Shown here in pieces: positions 10,240-21,586 of a stretch of 64,000 bases of DNA (its first letter is position 1; each line of letters begins with the position of its first letter). Source of the DNA: an uncultured Pelagibacteraceae bacterium (GTDB taxonomy: Bacteria > Pseudomonadota > Alphaproteobacteria > Pelagibacterales > Pelagibacteraceae); the NCBI GenBank assembly GCA_902601235.1, contig CACKMG010000001.1, positions 32,539 to 96,538 on the forward strand, written 5' to 3'. A model generated the notes under the pieces. The model worked only from the letters and a program-made list of their open reading frames with translations. It ran no database searches and was not told the DNA's origin. The position numbers were made by a program, and so were the translations under genes.

Positions 10240-11646
10240 ATGTTTGGACTTCAAATTAGATTTTTAAGTTTTTTTTTCGGTATAATTTCGATTTTATCTT
10301 TTTTTAATATAATTTATTCTTATTATTTAAATCTATATTTAAATTTAAATACTTATTATTATTCTTTAATTGTATCTTTAATTATCTCAATATTATTTTA
10401 TAAAATAAAGATAACTAAAAAAAAAATTTTAATCTTCGATAAAATATTAACTGTTTTTTTAGGTTATTTAATAATACCTCTTATCTTATCTATTCCTTTC
10501 TACTTTAGTATTTACAATTTAACATTCATAAATTCTTATTTTGAGGCAATATCAGGTTTTACATCAACTGGATTTAGTATATTTGAAAATATCAAACATG
10601 TTGATCAAAGCTTAATTTTATGGAGGTCATCAAGTCAATGGATAGGGGGGCTTTATTTTCTTTTTTCAATTATTCTTTTAATAGATATTTATGATGAAAA
10701 TTTTAAAAAAACTTTAACAAACTTTATTTCATTTGATAGTGCAGAAATTTTTAAACAAACAATTAAAATATTTTTATTATATTCAGTTTTAACATTAATT
10801 ATTTTTATAATTCTTAATATTTTTTCAATTAGAGCTTTTAATTCATTGAATTTAGCTTTTACCCTTATTTCTTCAGGAGGTTTTTTACCAGTAAATGATC
10901 TATCAAATATAATTAAGCAAAATTCACAAATAATAGTTCTTTCATTGTTAATGCTTACTTCTTTTTTTAGTATTTTTTTTAGTTATAATCTAACTTTTTT
11001 TAAAAATAAAAACGTCAATTTTTTTTATGAAGATCTTCATCTAATAATTTATTTAATATTTATAGTTTCAATTTTTTTTCTATTTTTTAGTTTCAATAGT
11101 GATTTCTCTATTAATCTTTTATCAATAACTAGTAGTATATCTAACATTGGTTTTTCTCTTAAATCAAATAATGAAAATTTAACTTTTATTTTTTTAATAT
11201 TAGTAATTATTGGTGGGTCCTTTTTTTCTACCAGTTCAGGTTTAAGATTTATTAAAATTTATTCTTTATTTAAATACTCAATAAATCAAATATTATCATT
11301 TAGCAGACCTAAGAATATTTTTATGAATAAACTTTTATTTACAAAAATAAATTTTGATTTTAATGAAATAAATAAATATTTTCTAACTATATTAATTTTT
11401 ATTATTTCATTTTTTATTTTAATCTCTTTATTAACTTTGAGTGGTATTGAATTTGAAAAGTCATTTAAACTTGCTATTTTGACATTAATGAATACTGTAA
11501 ATTCTTCAATTTATGGTTTAGCTGAATTTGATTTTAACAATCTTCATTTTATGACTAAATACACTCTAATTTTCTTCATGATTATAGGTAGAATTGAATT
11601 GTTAACAATTTTAGTTCTTATTAAAAAATTTCTTTTAAAAAATTAA
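10240..11646 (+). CDS. trkH: TrkH-family potassium uptake membrane protein (divergent)
   Basis: FEAISGFTSTG, WRSSSQWIGG, MIIGRIE motifs; follows trkA. Confidence 0.88.
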   Translation: MFGLQIRFLSFFFGIISILSFFNIIYSYYLNLYLNLNTYYYSLIVSLIISILFYKIKITKKKILIFDKILTVFLGYLIIPLILSIPFYFSIYNLTFINSYFEAISGFTSTGFSIFENIKHVDQSLILWRSSSQWIGGLYFLFSIILLIDIYDENFKKTLTNFISFDSAEIFKQTIKIFLLYSVLTLIIFIILNIFSIRAFNSLNLAFTLISSGGFLPVNDLSNIIKQNSQIIVLSLLMLTSFFSIFFSYNLTFFKNKNVNFFYEDLHLIIYLIFIVSIFFLFFSFNSDFSINLLSITSSISNIGFSLKSNNENLTFIFLILVIIGGSFFSTSSGLRFIKIYSLFKYSINQILSFSRPKNIFMNKLLFTKINFDFNEINKYFLTILIFIISFFILISLLTLSGIEFEKSFKLAILTLMNTVNSSIYGLAEFDFNNLHFMTKYTLIFFMIIGRIELLTILVLIKKFLLKN

Positions 11647-11679
11647 TTTATTATTGTATATGTATAGCTCATATATTTT

Positions 11680-11756
11680 GCGCCCTTAGCTCAGCTGGAT
11701 AGAGCATCGGTTTTCTAAACCGAGGGTCGTAGGTTCGAATCCTTCAGGGCGCGCCA
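11680..11756 (+). tRNA. tRNA-Arg(TCT)
   Basis: Cloverleaf GCGCCCT...AGGGCGC-GCCA; anticodon arm TCGGT-TTTCTAA-ACCGA; GTTCGAATC T-loop. Confidence 0.96.
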
Positions 11757-11875
11757 AAATTGTCACTTTTTTAGTATACTTTTTTTAATATTTTCCTTGA
11801 CGTCAATTTGTTAAATCACTGTATCTTTTTAAATTTCACTTGAAGAGAGTTTTTTAACATGATTAACTTATGTAT

Positions 11876-11913
11876 ATTCAAAACGCAGTTTTGAATTATT
11901 TGTTAACAAATAA
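11876..11913. promoter_or_regulatory. two adjacent perfect inverted repeats in the aapJ leader
   Basis: ATTCAAAAC-GCA-GTTTTGAAT (11876-11896) and TTATTTGTTAACAAATAA (11896-11913); function inferred. Confidence 0.55.
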
Positions 11914-11934
11914 ATAATAACAAAAGGAAGAATA

Positions 11935-12975
11935 ATGTTTAAATACTTAAAACAATTAACTTCTTTAGTAGCTATGGTTGCTGTGTTGTTTACTTTTACA
12001 ACAGAGTCAATGGCTGCTAAAAAATCTAAAACACTTAAAAACACTCAAAAGAAGGGTTTTGTAAGATGTGGAGTATCTCAAGGTCTTCCAGGATTTTCTA
12101 ATGCTGACGCTGCAGGAAATTGGACTGGTGTTGACGTTGATGTATGTAGAGCGGTAGCTGCTGCAGTTCTAGGTGATGCAAACAAAGTTAAGTTTACACC
12201 ACTAAGTGCTAAAGAAAGATTTACAGCTTTAACATCTGGTGAGATTGATATCTTATCAAGAAACACAACTTGGACTCTTTCTAGAGATGCGGATATTGGA
12301 CTTACTTTCGTTGGAGTAAACTTCTACGATGGTCAAGGTTTCATGGTTAGAAAAAGTTCAGGTATCACCTCAGTAAATCAATTCAAAAATGGTATCTCAG
12401 CTTGTACAAACATTGGTACAACAACTGAGTTAAACATGAGAGACTTCTTTAATTCTAGAGGAATTTCTTATGAGCCAGTTGCTTTTGAAAAAGCGGACGA
12501 AGTTGTTGCTGCTTATGATTCAGGAAGATGTGATACATATACTACTGACAAATCTGGTTTAGCTGCTCAAAGAACTAAAATGAGTAATCCAGACGAACAC
12601 ATGGTATTACCTGAAACAATTTCTAAAGAGCCACTAGGTCCAGTTGTTAGACAGGGTGATTCAGTATGGGAAGATATCGTAAGATGGTCTTTAAATGCTA
12701 TGATTGAAGCAGAAGAATATGGAATCACTTCAGCGAATGCAGACTCAATGAAAACTTCAGACAACCCAGCAATTAAAAGATTAGTTGGAGCTGAAGGTGA
12801 ATTAGGTGCTGCTTTTGGTCTTGATAACGAGTGGAGCTTAAGAATTATCAAGCAAGTCGGTAACTATGGTGAAAGTTATAAAAGAAATATAGCTGACACT
12901 GGTATTTTACCAGACAGAGGTCCAAACCAATTATGGACAAAAGGCGGAATACTTTACGTTCCACCTGCAAGATAA
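11935..12975 (+). CDS. aapJ: general L-amino acid ABC transporter substrate-binding protein (AapJ/BztA/YhdW)
   Basis: Signal peptide; RCGVSQGLPGF, DVCRAVAAA, LSRNTTWT, SKEPLGP, GNYGE motifs. Confidence 0.95.
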   Translation: MFKYLKQLTSLVAMVAVLFTFTTESMAAKKSKTLKNTQKKGFVRCGVSQGLPGFSNADAAGNWTGVDVDVCRAVAAAVLGDANKVKFTPLSAKERFTALTSGEIDILSRNTTWTLSRDADIGLTFVGVNFYDGQGFMVRKSSGITSVNQFKNGISACTNIGTTTELNMRDFFNSRGISYEPVAFEKADEVVAAYDSGRCDTYTTDKSGLAAQRTKMSNPDEHMVLPETISKEPLGPVVRQGDSVWEDIVRWSLNAMIEAEEYGITSANADSMKTSDNPAIKRLVGAEGELGAAFGLDNEWSLRIIKQVGNYGESYKRNIADTGILPDRGPNQLWTKGGILYVPPAR

Positions 12976-12994
12976 TTGTAGTTTAAAACAAATT

Positions 12995-13025
12995 AAAAGG
13001 GCTAGATTTTTCTAGCCCTTTTTTT
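12995..13025 (+). terminator. intrinsic terminator after aapJ
   Basis: AAAAGGGCTAGA-TTTT-TCTAGCCCTTTT hairpin followed by T-run. Confidence 0.88.
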
Positions 13026-13048
13026 ATAAACTCATATATTATCGCATC

Positions 13049-14200
13049 GTGAATTTTAAATTAAAAGACTTAGGTCCTCAACTAATCACAGTTATAGCTG
13101 TAGTCCTTATTTTTGGCTTTTTTACTTATAACGCTCAAATCAATATGGAAAATAGAGGTATTGATTTTGGTTATGGTTTTTTATCTCAAGAATCATCTTT
13201 TGATGTTCAATTTTCTTTAATTGAATATGATGGATCGCACTCTTACTTTAGAGCTTATTTAGTAGGTTTGTTAAATACTATTCTTGTTTCTGTTATTGGA
13301 ATTATTATTGCTACGATAATCGGAGTTATTGTTGGAGTTGCAAGATTGTCTCCAAATTTTTTAATAAATAAATTTGCAGCTTATTATGTAGAATTTTTTA
13401 GAAATATACCTCTTCTTCTCCAAATATTTTTTTGGTATTTTGCAGCATTAAGAGCTTTGCCTTTACCTCAGGATGCTGAAGCAATTTTTGGTGTGTTTTT
13501 TTTAACAATAAAAGGTCTTTATGTTCCTGCTTTTATTTGGGAAAATTTTAATATTTTCTTCTACTCAATAGTTACATCAATAATAGCAATAATTGTAATT
13601 AGATTTCAGGCAAAAAAATTACGAGAAACACAAGGTAAACAAATTCCTGTTTTTTTAATTTCAATTGGATTAATTTTGATTTTACCTCTTTTGAGTTTTT
13701 TAATTGGAGGCGTTAGTTTATCTTTTGAAATTCCTCAATTAAAGCAGTTGGCAGCTACTTCGTTTGTTTATGATGGTGGGTTAAGTTTACCACCAGAATT
13801 AATTGCTTTAACTTTATCTCTATCCCTTTATACAGCTACCTTCATTGCTGAGTGTGTGAGAGCAGGGATACAAGGAGTAAGCAAGGGTCAAAAAGAAGCT
13901 GCAGCTTCTATTGGATTGACGCCTAATCAAGTTTTAAAACTTGTGATAATGCCACAAGCTTTAAGAATTATAATTCCACCGACAACTAATCAATATTTGA
14001 ATTTAACAAAAAATTCTTCTTTAGCCGCTGCTATAGCTTATCCTGATTTAGTTTTAGTATTTGCTGGCACAGCTTTAATGCAAACTGGTAAAGCTATTGA
14101 GATTGTTTCTATTACTATGTTTACTTATTTAAGTTTAAGTATTTCAATTTCAATTTTAATGAATTGGTATAATAAAAAAATAGCTATACAGGAAAAATAA
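13049..14200 (+). CDS. aapQ: amino acid ABC transporter permease (AapQ/BztB)
   Basis: YVEFFRNIPLLLQ, EAA loop (GQKEAAASIGL), YLNLTKNSSLA. Confidence 0.93.
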   Translation: MNFKLKDLGPQLITVIAVVLIFGFFTYNAQINMENRGIDFGYGFLSQESSFDVQFSLIEYDGSHSYFRAYLVGLLNTILVSVIGIIIATIIGVIVGVARLSPNFLINKFAAYYVEFFRNIPLLLQIFFWYFAALRALPLPQDAEAIFGVFFLTIKGLYVPAFIWENFNIFFYSIVTSIIAIIVIRFQAKKLRETQGKQIPVFLISIGLILILPLLSFLIGGVSLSFEIPQLKQLAATSFVYDGGLSLPPELIALTLSLSLYTATFIAECVRAGIQGVSKGQKEAAASIGLTPNQVLKLVIMPQALRIIIPPTTNQYLNLTKNSSLAAAIAYPDLVLVFAGTALMQTGKAIEIVSITMFTYLSLSISISILMNWYNKKIAIQEK

Positions 14201-15642
14201 TGAATAAGATTAATTTTTTAAAACCAGATAAATCAAATTTAAATACTTATCTATATTTAGGTTCTTTTTTATTTTTTATCAGTATTTTTGATGTTTTTTT
14301 AAATTCATTTTTTAAGCTAAATATTATTGGTTTTTTACCTAATTTTTTGAGTTTTATTATGCCTTTATTATTAGGTTTTATAGGACTTTATTTTATAAGA
14401 ATTGAATACAGTGGAATTAAAAAACTTGATTTATTAAATAAACATATAAATACTAATAATTTTAATGCAATTCTTTCATTACTAATAATTTTTGTAATTA
14501 TTAAATCTATACCACCTATTTTGGATTGGTTTTTTATTGGAGCTAGTTTTGCTGGTGATAGCAAAGATGTATGTACAGGATCAGGTGCTTGTTGGACTTA
14601 TATCAAAGTTTGGATGAGAAGATTTATGTATGGAATGTATCCAAATGCAGAACAATGGAGAATTAATCTTTCATTTATTGCGTTAGCATTACTTGGATCT
14701 GTTGGCTATTTTGCAACCGATAGATTTAAAAAATATTTAACTCTTTACTATGTTGTAATTTATCCTTTAATCGCATTTTTATTTATATTTTTTTTCATCT
14801 CAGGTGGTCCGGTATTTTTTGATTTTTCTTATGGGATTATTGCAGCGATTGTATCAATAATCATCGGTTTTTTTATTCCAAATAAATTTAAATTTTACTA
14901 TTTCTTAATTGTTCCTTTATTCCTTTATATTTTATTGAAATATTTTCTTTTTTTTGAAGAAACAATAGAATTAGGAAAATTAGATGGTCTTAATTGGGTT
15001 GAAACTGGCGCATGGGGCGGTTTATCATTAACTTTTATTATTTCTTTTTTCTGTTTAATTTTCTGTTTTCCAATTGGAATGGCTTTTGCTTTAGGTAGGA
15101 GATCAAATTTTCCATTGATAAGATATATTTCAATTGGTTTTATTGAATTTTGGAGAGGTGTTCCATTAATTACAGTTTTATTTATGTCTGCTGTAATGTT
15201 TCCAATGTTTCTACCAGCAGATTTTTTTATTGATAAGTTGGTTAGGTGTATAATAGCTATATCTTTGTTTGAAGCAGCATATGTGGCTGAAGTTATTAGA
15301 GGAGGGTTGCAAGCACTTCCAAGAGGACAATATGAGGCTGCTAAATCTTTAGGAATGGGATATTGGAAAATGCATATATTTGTAATTTTACCTCAAGCTT
15401 TAAAATTAGTTATTCCGGGCATTGCTAATACATTTTTAGCCTTAGTTAAAGATACTCCATTAATATTTGTTGTTGGACTTTTAGAAATAGTTGGAATGTT
15501 AAATCTAGCAAAAACCAACCCAGAATGGTTAGGATTTGCTATGGAAGGTTATGTTTTTGCTGCAATAATTTTCTGGATTATTTGTTATGCAATGAGTAAA
15601 TATAGTTATAACTTAGAAATAAAATATAAAACAGATAGATAA
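14200..15642 (+). CDS. aapM: amino acid ABC transporter permease (AapM/BztC)
   Basis: [29 protein letters not shown] motifs. Confidence 0.93.
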   Translation: MNKINFLKPDKSNLNTYLYLGSFLFFISIFDVFLNSFFKLNIIGFLPNFLSFIMPLLLGFIGLYFIRIEYSGIKKLDLLNKHINTNNFNAILSLLIIFVIIKSIPPILDWFFIGASFAGDSKDVCTGSGACWTYIKVWMRRFMYGMYPNAEQWRINLSFIALALLGSVGYFATDRFKKYLTLYYVVIYPLIAFLFIFFFISGGPVFFDFSYGIIAAIVSIIIGFFIPNKFKFYYFLIVPLFLYILLKYFLFFEETIELGKLDGLNWVETGAWGGLSLTFIISFFCLIFCFPIGMAFALGRRSNFPLIRYISIGFIEFWRGVPLITVLFMSAVMFPMFLPADFFIDKLVRCIIAISLFEAAYVAEVIRGGLQALPRGQYEAAKSLGMGYWKMHIFVILPQALKLVIPGIANTFLALVKDTPLIFVVGLLEIVGMLNLAKTNPEWLGFAMEGYVFAAIIFWIICYAMSKYSYNLEIKYKTDR

Positions 15643-15647
15643 CGAAT

Positions 15648-16382
15648 ATGTCCGATAGTATCATCCAAATAAATAACATGAATAAATGGTTTGGTGATTT
15701 TCAAGTATTAAAAGGTATTAATTTAGAAGTAAAACCAAAACAAAAAATCGTTGTATGTGGTCCATCTGGTTCAGGTAAATCAACTTTGATCAGATGTATT
15801 AATAGACTAGAAGAACATCAAGAAGGAAATATCATTGTAGATGGTACAGAGCTAACTGAGGATACCAAGAATATTGAACAAATAAGAGCGGAAGTTGGAA
15901 TGGTATTCCAACAGTTTAATTTATTTCCTCATTTGTCTATTTTGGATAATTGTACATTAGCTCCTATATGGGTTAAAAAAATGCCTAAAAAAGATGCAGA
16001 AGAACTTGCATTAAAACATTTAGAAAGAGTGCAGATACTTGATCAAGCACAAAAATATCCAGGTCAATTGTCTGGTGGACAACAGCAAAGGGCTGCAATT
16101 GCAAGAGCTTTATGTATGGAGCCAAAAATAATGCTTTTTGATGAACCAACTTCTGCATTAGATCCTGAAATGATTAAAGAAGTGCTTGATGTTATGGTTA
16201 ATTTAGCAAAACAAGGTATGACTATGATTGTAGTTACGCATGAAATGGGTTTTGCTAAAGAAGTAGCTGATCAAATGATATTTATGGATGAAGGTATGAT
16301 TGTAGAAAAAGCAGATACAAAGGAATTTTTTGCTAATCCAAAGAGTGACAGAACCAAACTTTTCCTGAGCCAGATACTATAG
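15648..16382 (+). CDS. aapP: amino acid ABC transporter ATP-binding protein (AapP/BztD)
   Basis: [27 protein letters not shown]. Confidence 0.96.
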   Translation: MSDSIIQINNMNKWFGDFQVLKGINLEVKPKQKIVVCGPSGSGKSTLIRCINRLEEHQEGNIIVDGTELTEDTKNIEQIRAEVGMVFQQFNLFPHLSILDNCTLAPIWVKKMPKKDAEELALKHLERVQILDQAQKYPGQLSGGQQQRAAIARALCMEPKIMLFDEPTSALDPEMIKEVLDVMVNLAKQGMTMIVVTHEMGFAKEVADQMIFMDEGMIVEKADTKEFFANPKSDRTKLFLSQIL

Positions 16383-16545
16383 ATTGTTAAAATTTCAATA
16401 AATATTTCTTACTTTTATTAATAAGTAATGCTTGACACATATCTCTGAAAAGCTGTTTTTCACTAAAAAATAATAAAATTTATAGTTGCAGTAAGAAGTA
16501 AAACCTAGTTGAATAAGTTTTTAATAAAAATTAAGAGGGGTCTTA

Positions 16546-16917
16546 ATGGAAGATAATTTTAATAAGCATTTAGGCAACAAGCTTAAGCTTAGAAGGTTGG
16601 CACTAGGTTTGACACAAACTAAAGTAGCAAAGGCAATTAACGTAACATTTCAACAAATTCAAAAATATGAAAAAGGCACTAATGGAGTTAGTTCAATCAG
16701 GTTATTACAACTCTCAAATTATTTAAAAGTGCCAATTAATTATTTTTTTGAGGATTTTTCAGAATATTTGATAAATTTAGAAAGATCAAAAGAAGGACAC
16801 ATGAATGTGAATTATAATTTTTTGGTAAAGCTTTATGCAGAATTAAATGCTGATCAAAAACTAAAATTCAATAAGTCTTTACAAGTATCAAACAGTAATA
16901 TTTCTAAATTTGGTTAA
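16546..16917 (+). CDS. XRE-family HTH transcriptional regulator
   Basis: LTQTKVAKAINVTFQQIQKYEKGTN motif typical of alphaproteobacterial HTH_3 proteins; GAGGGG RBS. Confidence 0.9.
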   Translation: MEDNFNKHLGNKLKLRRLALGLTQTKVAKAINVTFQQIQKYEKGTNGVSSIRLLQLSNYLKVPINYFFEDFSEYLINLERSKEGHMNVNYNFLVKLYAELNADQKLKFNKSLQVSNSNISKFG

Positions 16918-16920
16918 TTG

Positions 16921-16996
16921 TGGCTCCTCGGGCAGGACTCGAACCTGCGACCAATTGATTAACAGTCAACTGCTCTACCAACTGAGCTACCGAGGA
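16921..16996 (-). tRNA. tRNA-Asn(GTT)
   Basis: Reverse complement TCCTCGGTAGCTCAGTTGGTAGAGCAGTTGACTGTTAATCAA...CCGAGGAGCCA. Confidence 0.97.
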
Positions 16997-17046
16997 ATGT
17001 AAAAAGCCCAACTTACTTTTTTTTTAGACTAAAACAAGATTTTTTT

Positions 17047-17120
17047 TGGAGGCAACGCCCGGAATCGAACCGGGATACAAGGATTTGCAATCCTCTGCGT
17101 AACCATTCCGCCACGTTGCC
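17047..17120 (-). tRNA. tRNA-Cys(GCA)
   Basis: Reverse complement GGCAACGTGGCGGAATGG...GAGGATTGCAAATCCTT...CGTTGCCTCCA. Confidence 0.97.
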
Positions 17121-17240
17121 TTATGTTTTAGATGATAGCTACAAGAGGTTTATATTAAATTATTACAATTAGTCTATTAAATAACGTTCTAATTTGATTA
17201 TTGTTAATTTAGATTATTAAATTATAAACTAATTACACTC

Positions 17241-19868
17241 ATGATAAGCGATAAATATATACATTCTAAAGTAGAAGATAAGATTTACGCTTATTGGGAA
17301 AAAAACAAATTATTTAAACCACAAAAGAATTCAAAAAAGTTTTCTATAGTTATTCCACCACCCAATGTAACTGGTAGTTTGCATATGGGGCATGCTTTAA
17401 ACAATTCAATCCAAGATTTATTAGTTCGATATTATAGAATGAATAATTATGAAACTTTATGGCAACCAGGAACAGATCATGCAGGTATTGCTACCCAGGC
17501 ACTTGTTGAGAGAAAACTAGAAAAAGAGAATTTGAATAAGAACAGTCTTGGAAGAGAAAAATTTATTGAAAAAGTATGGGAATGGAAAGACCAGTATGGT
17601 GACATAATTATTAATCAACTTAAAAAACTTGGTTGCTCATGTGATTGGTCAAGAAATGCATTCACAATGGATGAAAATTTATCCAAATCTGTAATTAAAG
17701 TTTTTGTCGAATTGCATAAAAAAAAATTGATCTATAAGGCAGAAAAATTAGTAAATTGGGATACTATTCTTAAAACAGCCATATCAGATCTAGAAGTTGA
17801 TCAAAGGGAGATGAACTCTAAAATTTATTATATTAGATATCCAATCGAAAATTCCTCTGAATTTATTACAATTGCCACAACAAGGCCTGAAACAATGCTA
17901 GGAGATACTGCAATTGCAGTTAATCCAAAAGATAGTAGATACAAAGGTCACGTGGGCAAAACTGTCACAATACCAATTGTGGGTAGAAAAATAAAAATCA
18001 TTAAGGATAATTATGCTGATCCAGAACAAGGTACAGGAGCATTAAAGATAACTCCTGCGCATGATTTTAATGACTATGATGTAGGTCAAAGAAATAAACT
18101 CGAAATCATAAATATTTTCACTGAAGAGGGAAAAATAAATAATAATGCTCCAAAAGAATATATTGGTTTAGACAGGTTTGAGGCACGAAAAAAATTATTA
18201 AATGAACTTAAAGACAAAGATTTTTTTGTTAAAGAAGAAAATATTAAAAATAAAGTTCCTTATGGTGATAGATCTAACTCAGTTATAGAACCTTTTTTAA
18301 CTGAACAGTGGTTTGTTGATGCAAAAAAATTAGCCGTAAAAGCAAAAAAAATAGTTAAGTCAAAAAAAACAAACTTTTTTCCAACTAACTGGTCTAAGAC
18401 TTATTTTCAATGGATGAATAATATTGAACCCTGGTGTGTCTCTAGACAGTTATGGTGGGGTCATCAAATTCCGGCATGGTACGGACCTGATAAAAAAATA
18501 TTTGTAGCAATTAATGAAAAGGAAGCAATTAAACAAGCTAAAAAATATTATAAAAAAGATGTTAAATTAATTAGAGATCCAGATGTTTTGGATACATGGT
18601 TTTCGTCTGGTTTATGGCCATTTGCAACATTGGGTTGGCCTGATAAAAAAGATTTCGTTAAAAAATTTTACCCTACGACAGTTTTAGTTACAGGTTTTGA
18701 TATTATCTTTTTTTGGGTTGCTAGAATGATGATGTTTGGAATGGAATTTCTAAATAAAGAACCTTTTAAAGATATCTATGTACATGCTTTAGTCAGAGAT
18801 GAAAAAGGACAAAAAATGTCTAAGTCAAAAGGGAATGTTATTGATCCGTTAGATCTAATTGAAAAATATAGTGCAGATGCACTAAGATTCACTTTACTTT
18901 CAATGGCCTCTCCAGGAACAGATGTAAAGCTTTCTGAGGAAAGAGTTAAAGGATATAGAAATTTTTTAAATAAATTATGGAATGCTAATAATTTCCTAAT
19001 TACAAATAAATGTGATTTTAAGAAAACCGATAAAGTTCCAAAAACTACATTAAATATAAACAAATGGATATATTCTGAGTTAATAGAAATTAAGAACAAA
19101 ATTCAAAAAAATATTGAAGATTATCGTTTTGATGAGGCTGCTAAAAATGCTTATCAGTTTGCTTGGCATTCTTATTGTGATTGGTATATCGAGCTTTCAA
19201 AAACAATTCTTTATTCTAATGATAAAAAAGCTCAGAAAGAGGTAAAAGAGGTATCTGCTTACATTTTCAAACAGATACTCGTAATGCTTCATCCTTTTAT
19301 TCCGTTTGTGACCGAAGAAATATGGTTAAAAAATAAGTTTGATAAATCAAACAAAAATTTTCTTATGTATAAAAATTGGCCATCTGGCAAAGCAAAAAAA
19401 GATCAATCTCAAAAAGATGTTGAAAAGATTATCAATATAATTTCAGAATTAAGATCATTTAAAAATGAATTAAATGTAAGTCCTGGTTCATTTGTTGATA
19501 TATCAATTGATAAGATTGCTAAAAAGAATAAAACTTTAATGTCTAATAATGAAGTAGTTCTTAAAAGGCTTGGTCGAATTAATAATTTTTATGAAAAAGA
19601 TCAAGCTAAACCATCAGCTACACTAGTCATATCTGGAGACATATTTAAGATATATTTTGATGAAAATGTTGATTTAAATCTGATAAAAGAAAATTTAGTT
19701 AAAAGACAGGGTAAATATCAGGAAGAAATGGACAAGATATCACAACGATTATCTAATAAAGGATTTATTGATCGAGCACCAAAAAATATTGTTGAACAAG
19801 AAAAAACTAACTATAGTAATTTAAAAGATGATATCAAAAAAATATCATTAACAATTGAAAGTTTATAA
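17241..19868 (+). CDS. valS: valine--tRNA ligase
   Basis: [13 protein letters not shown] and KMSKS motifs; C-terminal coiled coil. Confidence 0.98.
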   Translation: MISDKYIHSKVEDKIYAYWEKNKLFKPQKNSKKFSIVIPPPNVTGSLHMGHALNNSIQDLLVRYYRMNNYETLWQPGTDHAGIATQALVERKLEKENLNKNSLGREKFIEKVWEWKDQYGDIIINQLKKLGCSCDWSRNAFTMDENLSKSVIKVFVELHKKKLIYKAEKLVNWDTILKTAISDLEVDQREMNSKIYYIRYPIENSSEFITIATTRPETMLGDTAIAVNPKDSRYKGHVGKTVTIPIVGRKIKIIKDNYADPEQGTGALKITPAHDFNDYDVGQRNKLEIINIFTEEGKINNNAPKEYIGLDRFEARKKLLNELKDKDFFVKEENIKNKVPYGDRSNSVIEPFLTEQWFVDAKKLAVKAKKIVKSKKTNFFPTNWSKTYFQWMNNIEPWCVSRQLWWGHQIPAWYGPDKKIFVAINEKEAIKQAKKYYKKDVKLIRDPDVLDTWFSSGLWPFATLGWPDKKDFVKKFYPTTVLVTGFDIIFFWVARMMMFGMEFLNKEPFKDIYVHALVRDEKGQKMSKSKGNVIDPLDLIEKYSADALRFTLLSMASPGTDVKLSEERVKGYRNFLNKLWNANNFLITNKCDFKKTDKVPKTTLNINKWIYSELIEIKNKIQKNIEDYRFDEAAKNAYQFAWHSYCDWYIELSKTILYSNDKKAQKEVKEVSAYIFKQILVMLHPFIPFVTEEIWLKNKFDKSNKNFLMYKNWPSGKAKKDQSQKDVEKIINIISELRSFKNELNVSPGSFVDISIDKIAKKNKTLMSNNEVVLKRLGRINNFYEKDQAKPSATLVISGDIFKIYFDENVDLNLIKENLVKRQGKYQEEMDKISQRLSNKGFIDRAPKNIVEQEKTNYSNLKDDIKKISLTIESL

Positions 19869-21586
19869 TGCGGAAGTTTAACAAGAAAAAATTACCAAGT
19901 AGACATACATCATTAGGGCCAGATAGAGCTCCTCATAGATCTTTTTATTATGCAATGGGTGAGACTGAAAAAGATGTTTCCAAACCATTTATAGGCGTTG
20001 TATCAACATGGAATGAAGCAGCGCCATGTAATATTGCTTTAATGAGACAAGCTCAGTCAGTAAAAAAGGGTGTAAGAGCCTCAGGAGGAACTCCAAGAGA
20101 ATTTTGTACGATTACGGTCACTGATGGTATTGCAATGGGTCACGAAGGAATGAAATCTTCATTAATCTCTAGAGAAGTAATAGCAGATAGTGCTGAACTA
20201 ACAGTTAGAGGGCACTGTTATGATGCTTTAGTGGGTATTGCAGGTTGTGATAAATCTTTACCAGGATTAATGATGTCCATGGTAAGATTAAACGTACCAA
20301 GTGTATTTATATATGGTGGCTCAATACTTCCGGGAAAATATAAAGGTAAAGATGTAACAGTGGTAGATGTTTTTGAAGCTGTTGGAAAACATTCCTCAGG
20401 ACAAATGTCAGCAAAAGAATTAAGAAAATTAGAATTAGTTGCATGTCCTACAGCGGGCGCGTGTGGCGGACAATTTACTGCAAATACAATGGCCTGTGTT
20501 TCAGAGGCAATTGGTTTAGCATTACCTTATTCTGCTGGAACACCAGCTCCATACGAAGAAAGAGATAAGTATGCAAAAGCAAGTGGCCGAATGGTAATGG
20601 AATTATTAGCAAAAAAAATTAAACCAAGAGATATTGTTACAAGAAAAGCATTAGAGAACGCTGCAACAATAGTTGCTGCAACAGGTGGTTCAACTAATGC
20701 AGCATTACACTTACCAGCAATTGCAAATGAAGCTGGAATTAAATTTGATTTAATGGATGTTGCAAAGATATTTAAAAGAACACCTTATCTTGCTGATTTA
20801 AAACCAGGTGGAAAATATGTTGCAAAAGATATGTGGTTAGCAGGCGGTGTGCCGATGCTTTTGAAAACCTTATATGACGGTGGTTACATCCATGGAGATT
20901 GCATGACGGTTACAGGTAAGACAATGAAAGAAAATTTAAAGGGAATTAAATTTAATCCAAAACAAAAAGTTTTAAGAGCTTATAATAGACCGTTATCACC
21001 AGATGGTGGTGTAGTAGGTTTAAAAGGTAATTTAGCTCCTGAGGGCGCAATAGTTAAAATTGCAGGTTTAAAGAAATTACAATTTACTGGAAGAGCAAGA
21101 TGTTTTGATAATGAAGAAAGTGCAATGAAAGCAGTACAAAGTAGAAAATATAAAGATGGTGATGTGATTATTATTAGATATGAAGGTCCAGTAGGGGGAC
21201 CAGGTATGAGAGAAATGCTCTCAACAACTGGTGCAATTTATGGTCAAGGAAAAGGAGAAAAAGTTGCTTTAATTACCGATGGAAGGTTTTCAGGAGCTAC
21301 AAGAGGATTTTGTGTAGGTCACGTTGGACCAGAAGCAGCTTTAGGTGGACCACTAGCTCTTTTACGTAATGGAGATGTTATTGATATTGATGCTAAAAAA
21401 GGAACAATTAATGTTCGATTAACTAAATCTCAATTAGCTTCAAGAAGACGAAAATGGAAGGCTAGAAAATCTGATTTTGGTTCAGGAACTCTTTGGAAAT
21501 ATGCTCAAACAGTTGGACCAGCAAGTTTAGGAGCACCAACGCATCCTGGTAAGAAAAAAGAAGTTAAGGAATATTCGAAAATTTGA
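19868..21586 (+). CDS. ilvD: dihydroxy-acid dehydratase
   Basis: [37 protein letters not shown]. Confidence 0.97.
   Translation: MRKFNKKKLPSRHTSLGPDRAPHRSFYYAMGETEKDVSKPFIGVVSTWNEAAPCNIALMRQAQSVKKGVRASGGTPREFCTITVTDGIAMGHEGMKSSLISREVIADSAELTVRGHCYDALVGIAGCDKSLPGLMMSMVRLNVPSVFIYGGSILPGKYKGKDVTVVDVFEAVGKHSSGQMSAKELRKLELVACPTAGACGGQFTANTMACVSEAIGLALPYSAGTPAPYEERDKYAKASGRMVMELLAKKIKPRDIVTRKALENAATIVAATGGSTNAALHLPAIANEAGIKFDLMDVAKIFKRTPYLADLKPGGKYVAKDMWLAGGVPMLLKTLYDGGYIHGDCMTVTGKTMKENLKGIKFNPKQKVLRAYNRPLSPDGGVVGLKGNLAPEGAIVKIAGLKKLQFTGRARCFDNEESAMKAVQSRKYKDGDVIIIRYEGPVGGPGMREMLSTTGAIYGQGKGEKVALITDGRFSGATRGFCVGHVGPEAALGGPLALLRNGDVIDIDAKKGTINVRLTKSQLASRRRKWKARKSDFGSGTLWKYAQTVGPASLGAPTHPGKKKEVKEYSKI

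Noticed and set aside
16500-16540. TTAA...TTAA pairs resembling CtrA boxes
   Set aside because: Spacing is 6 rather than 7 nt, and such words are common by chance in DNA this AT-rich
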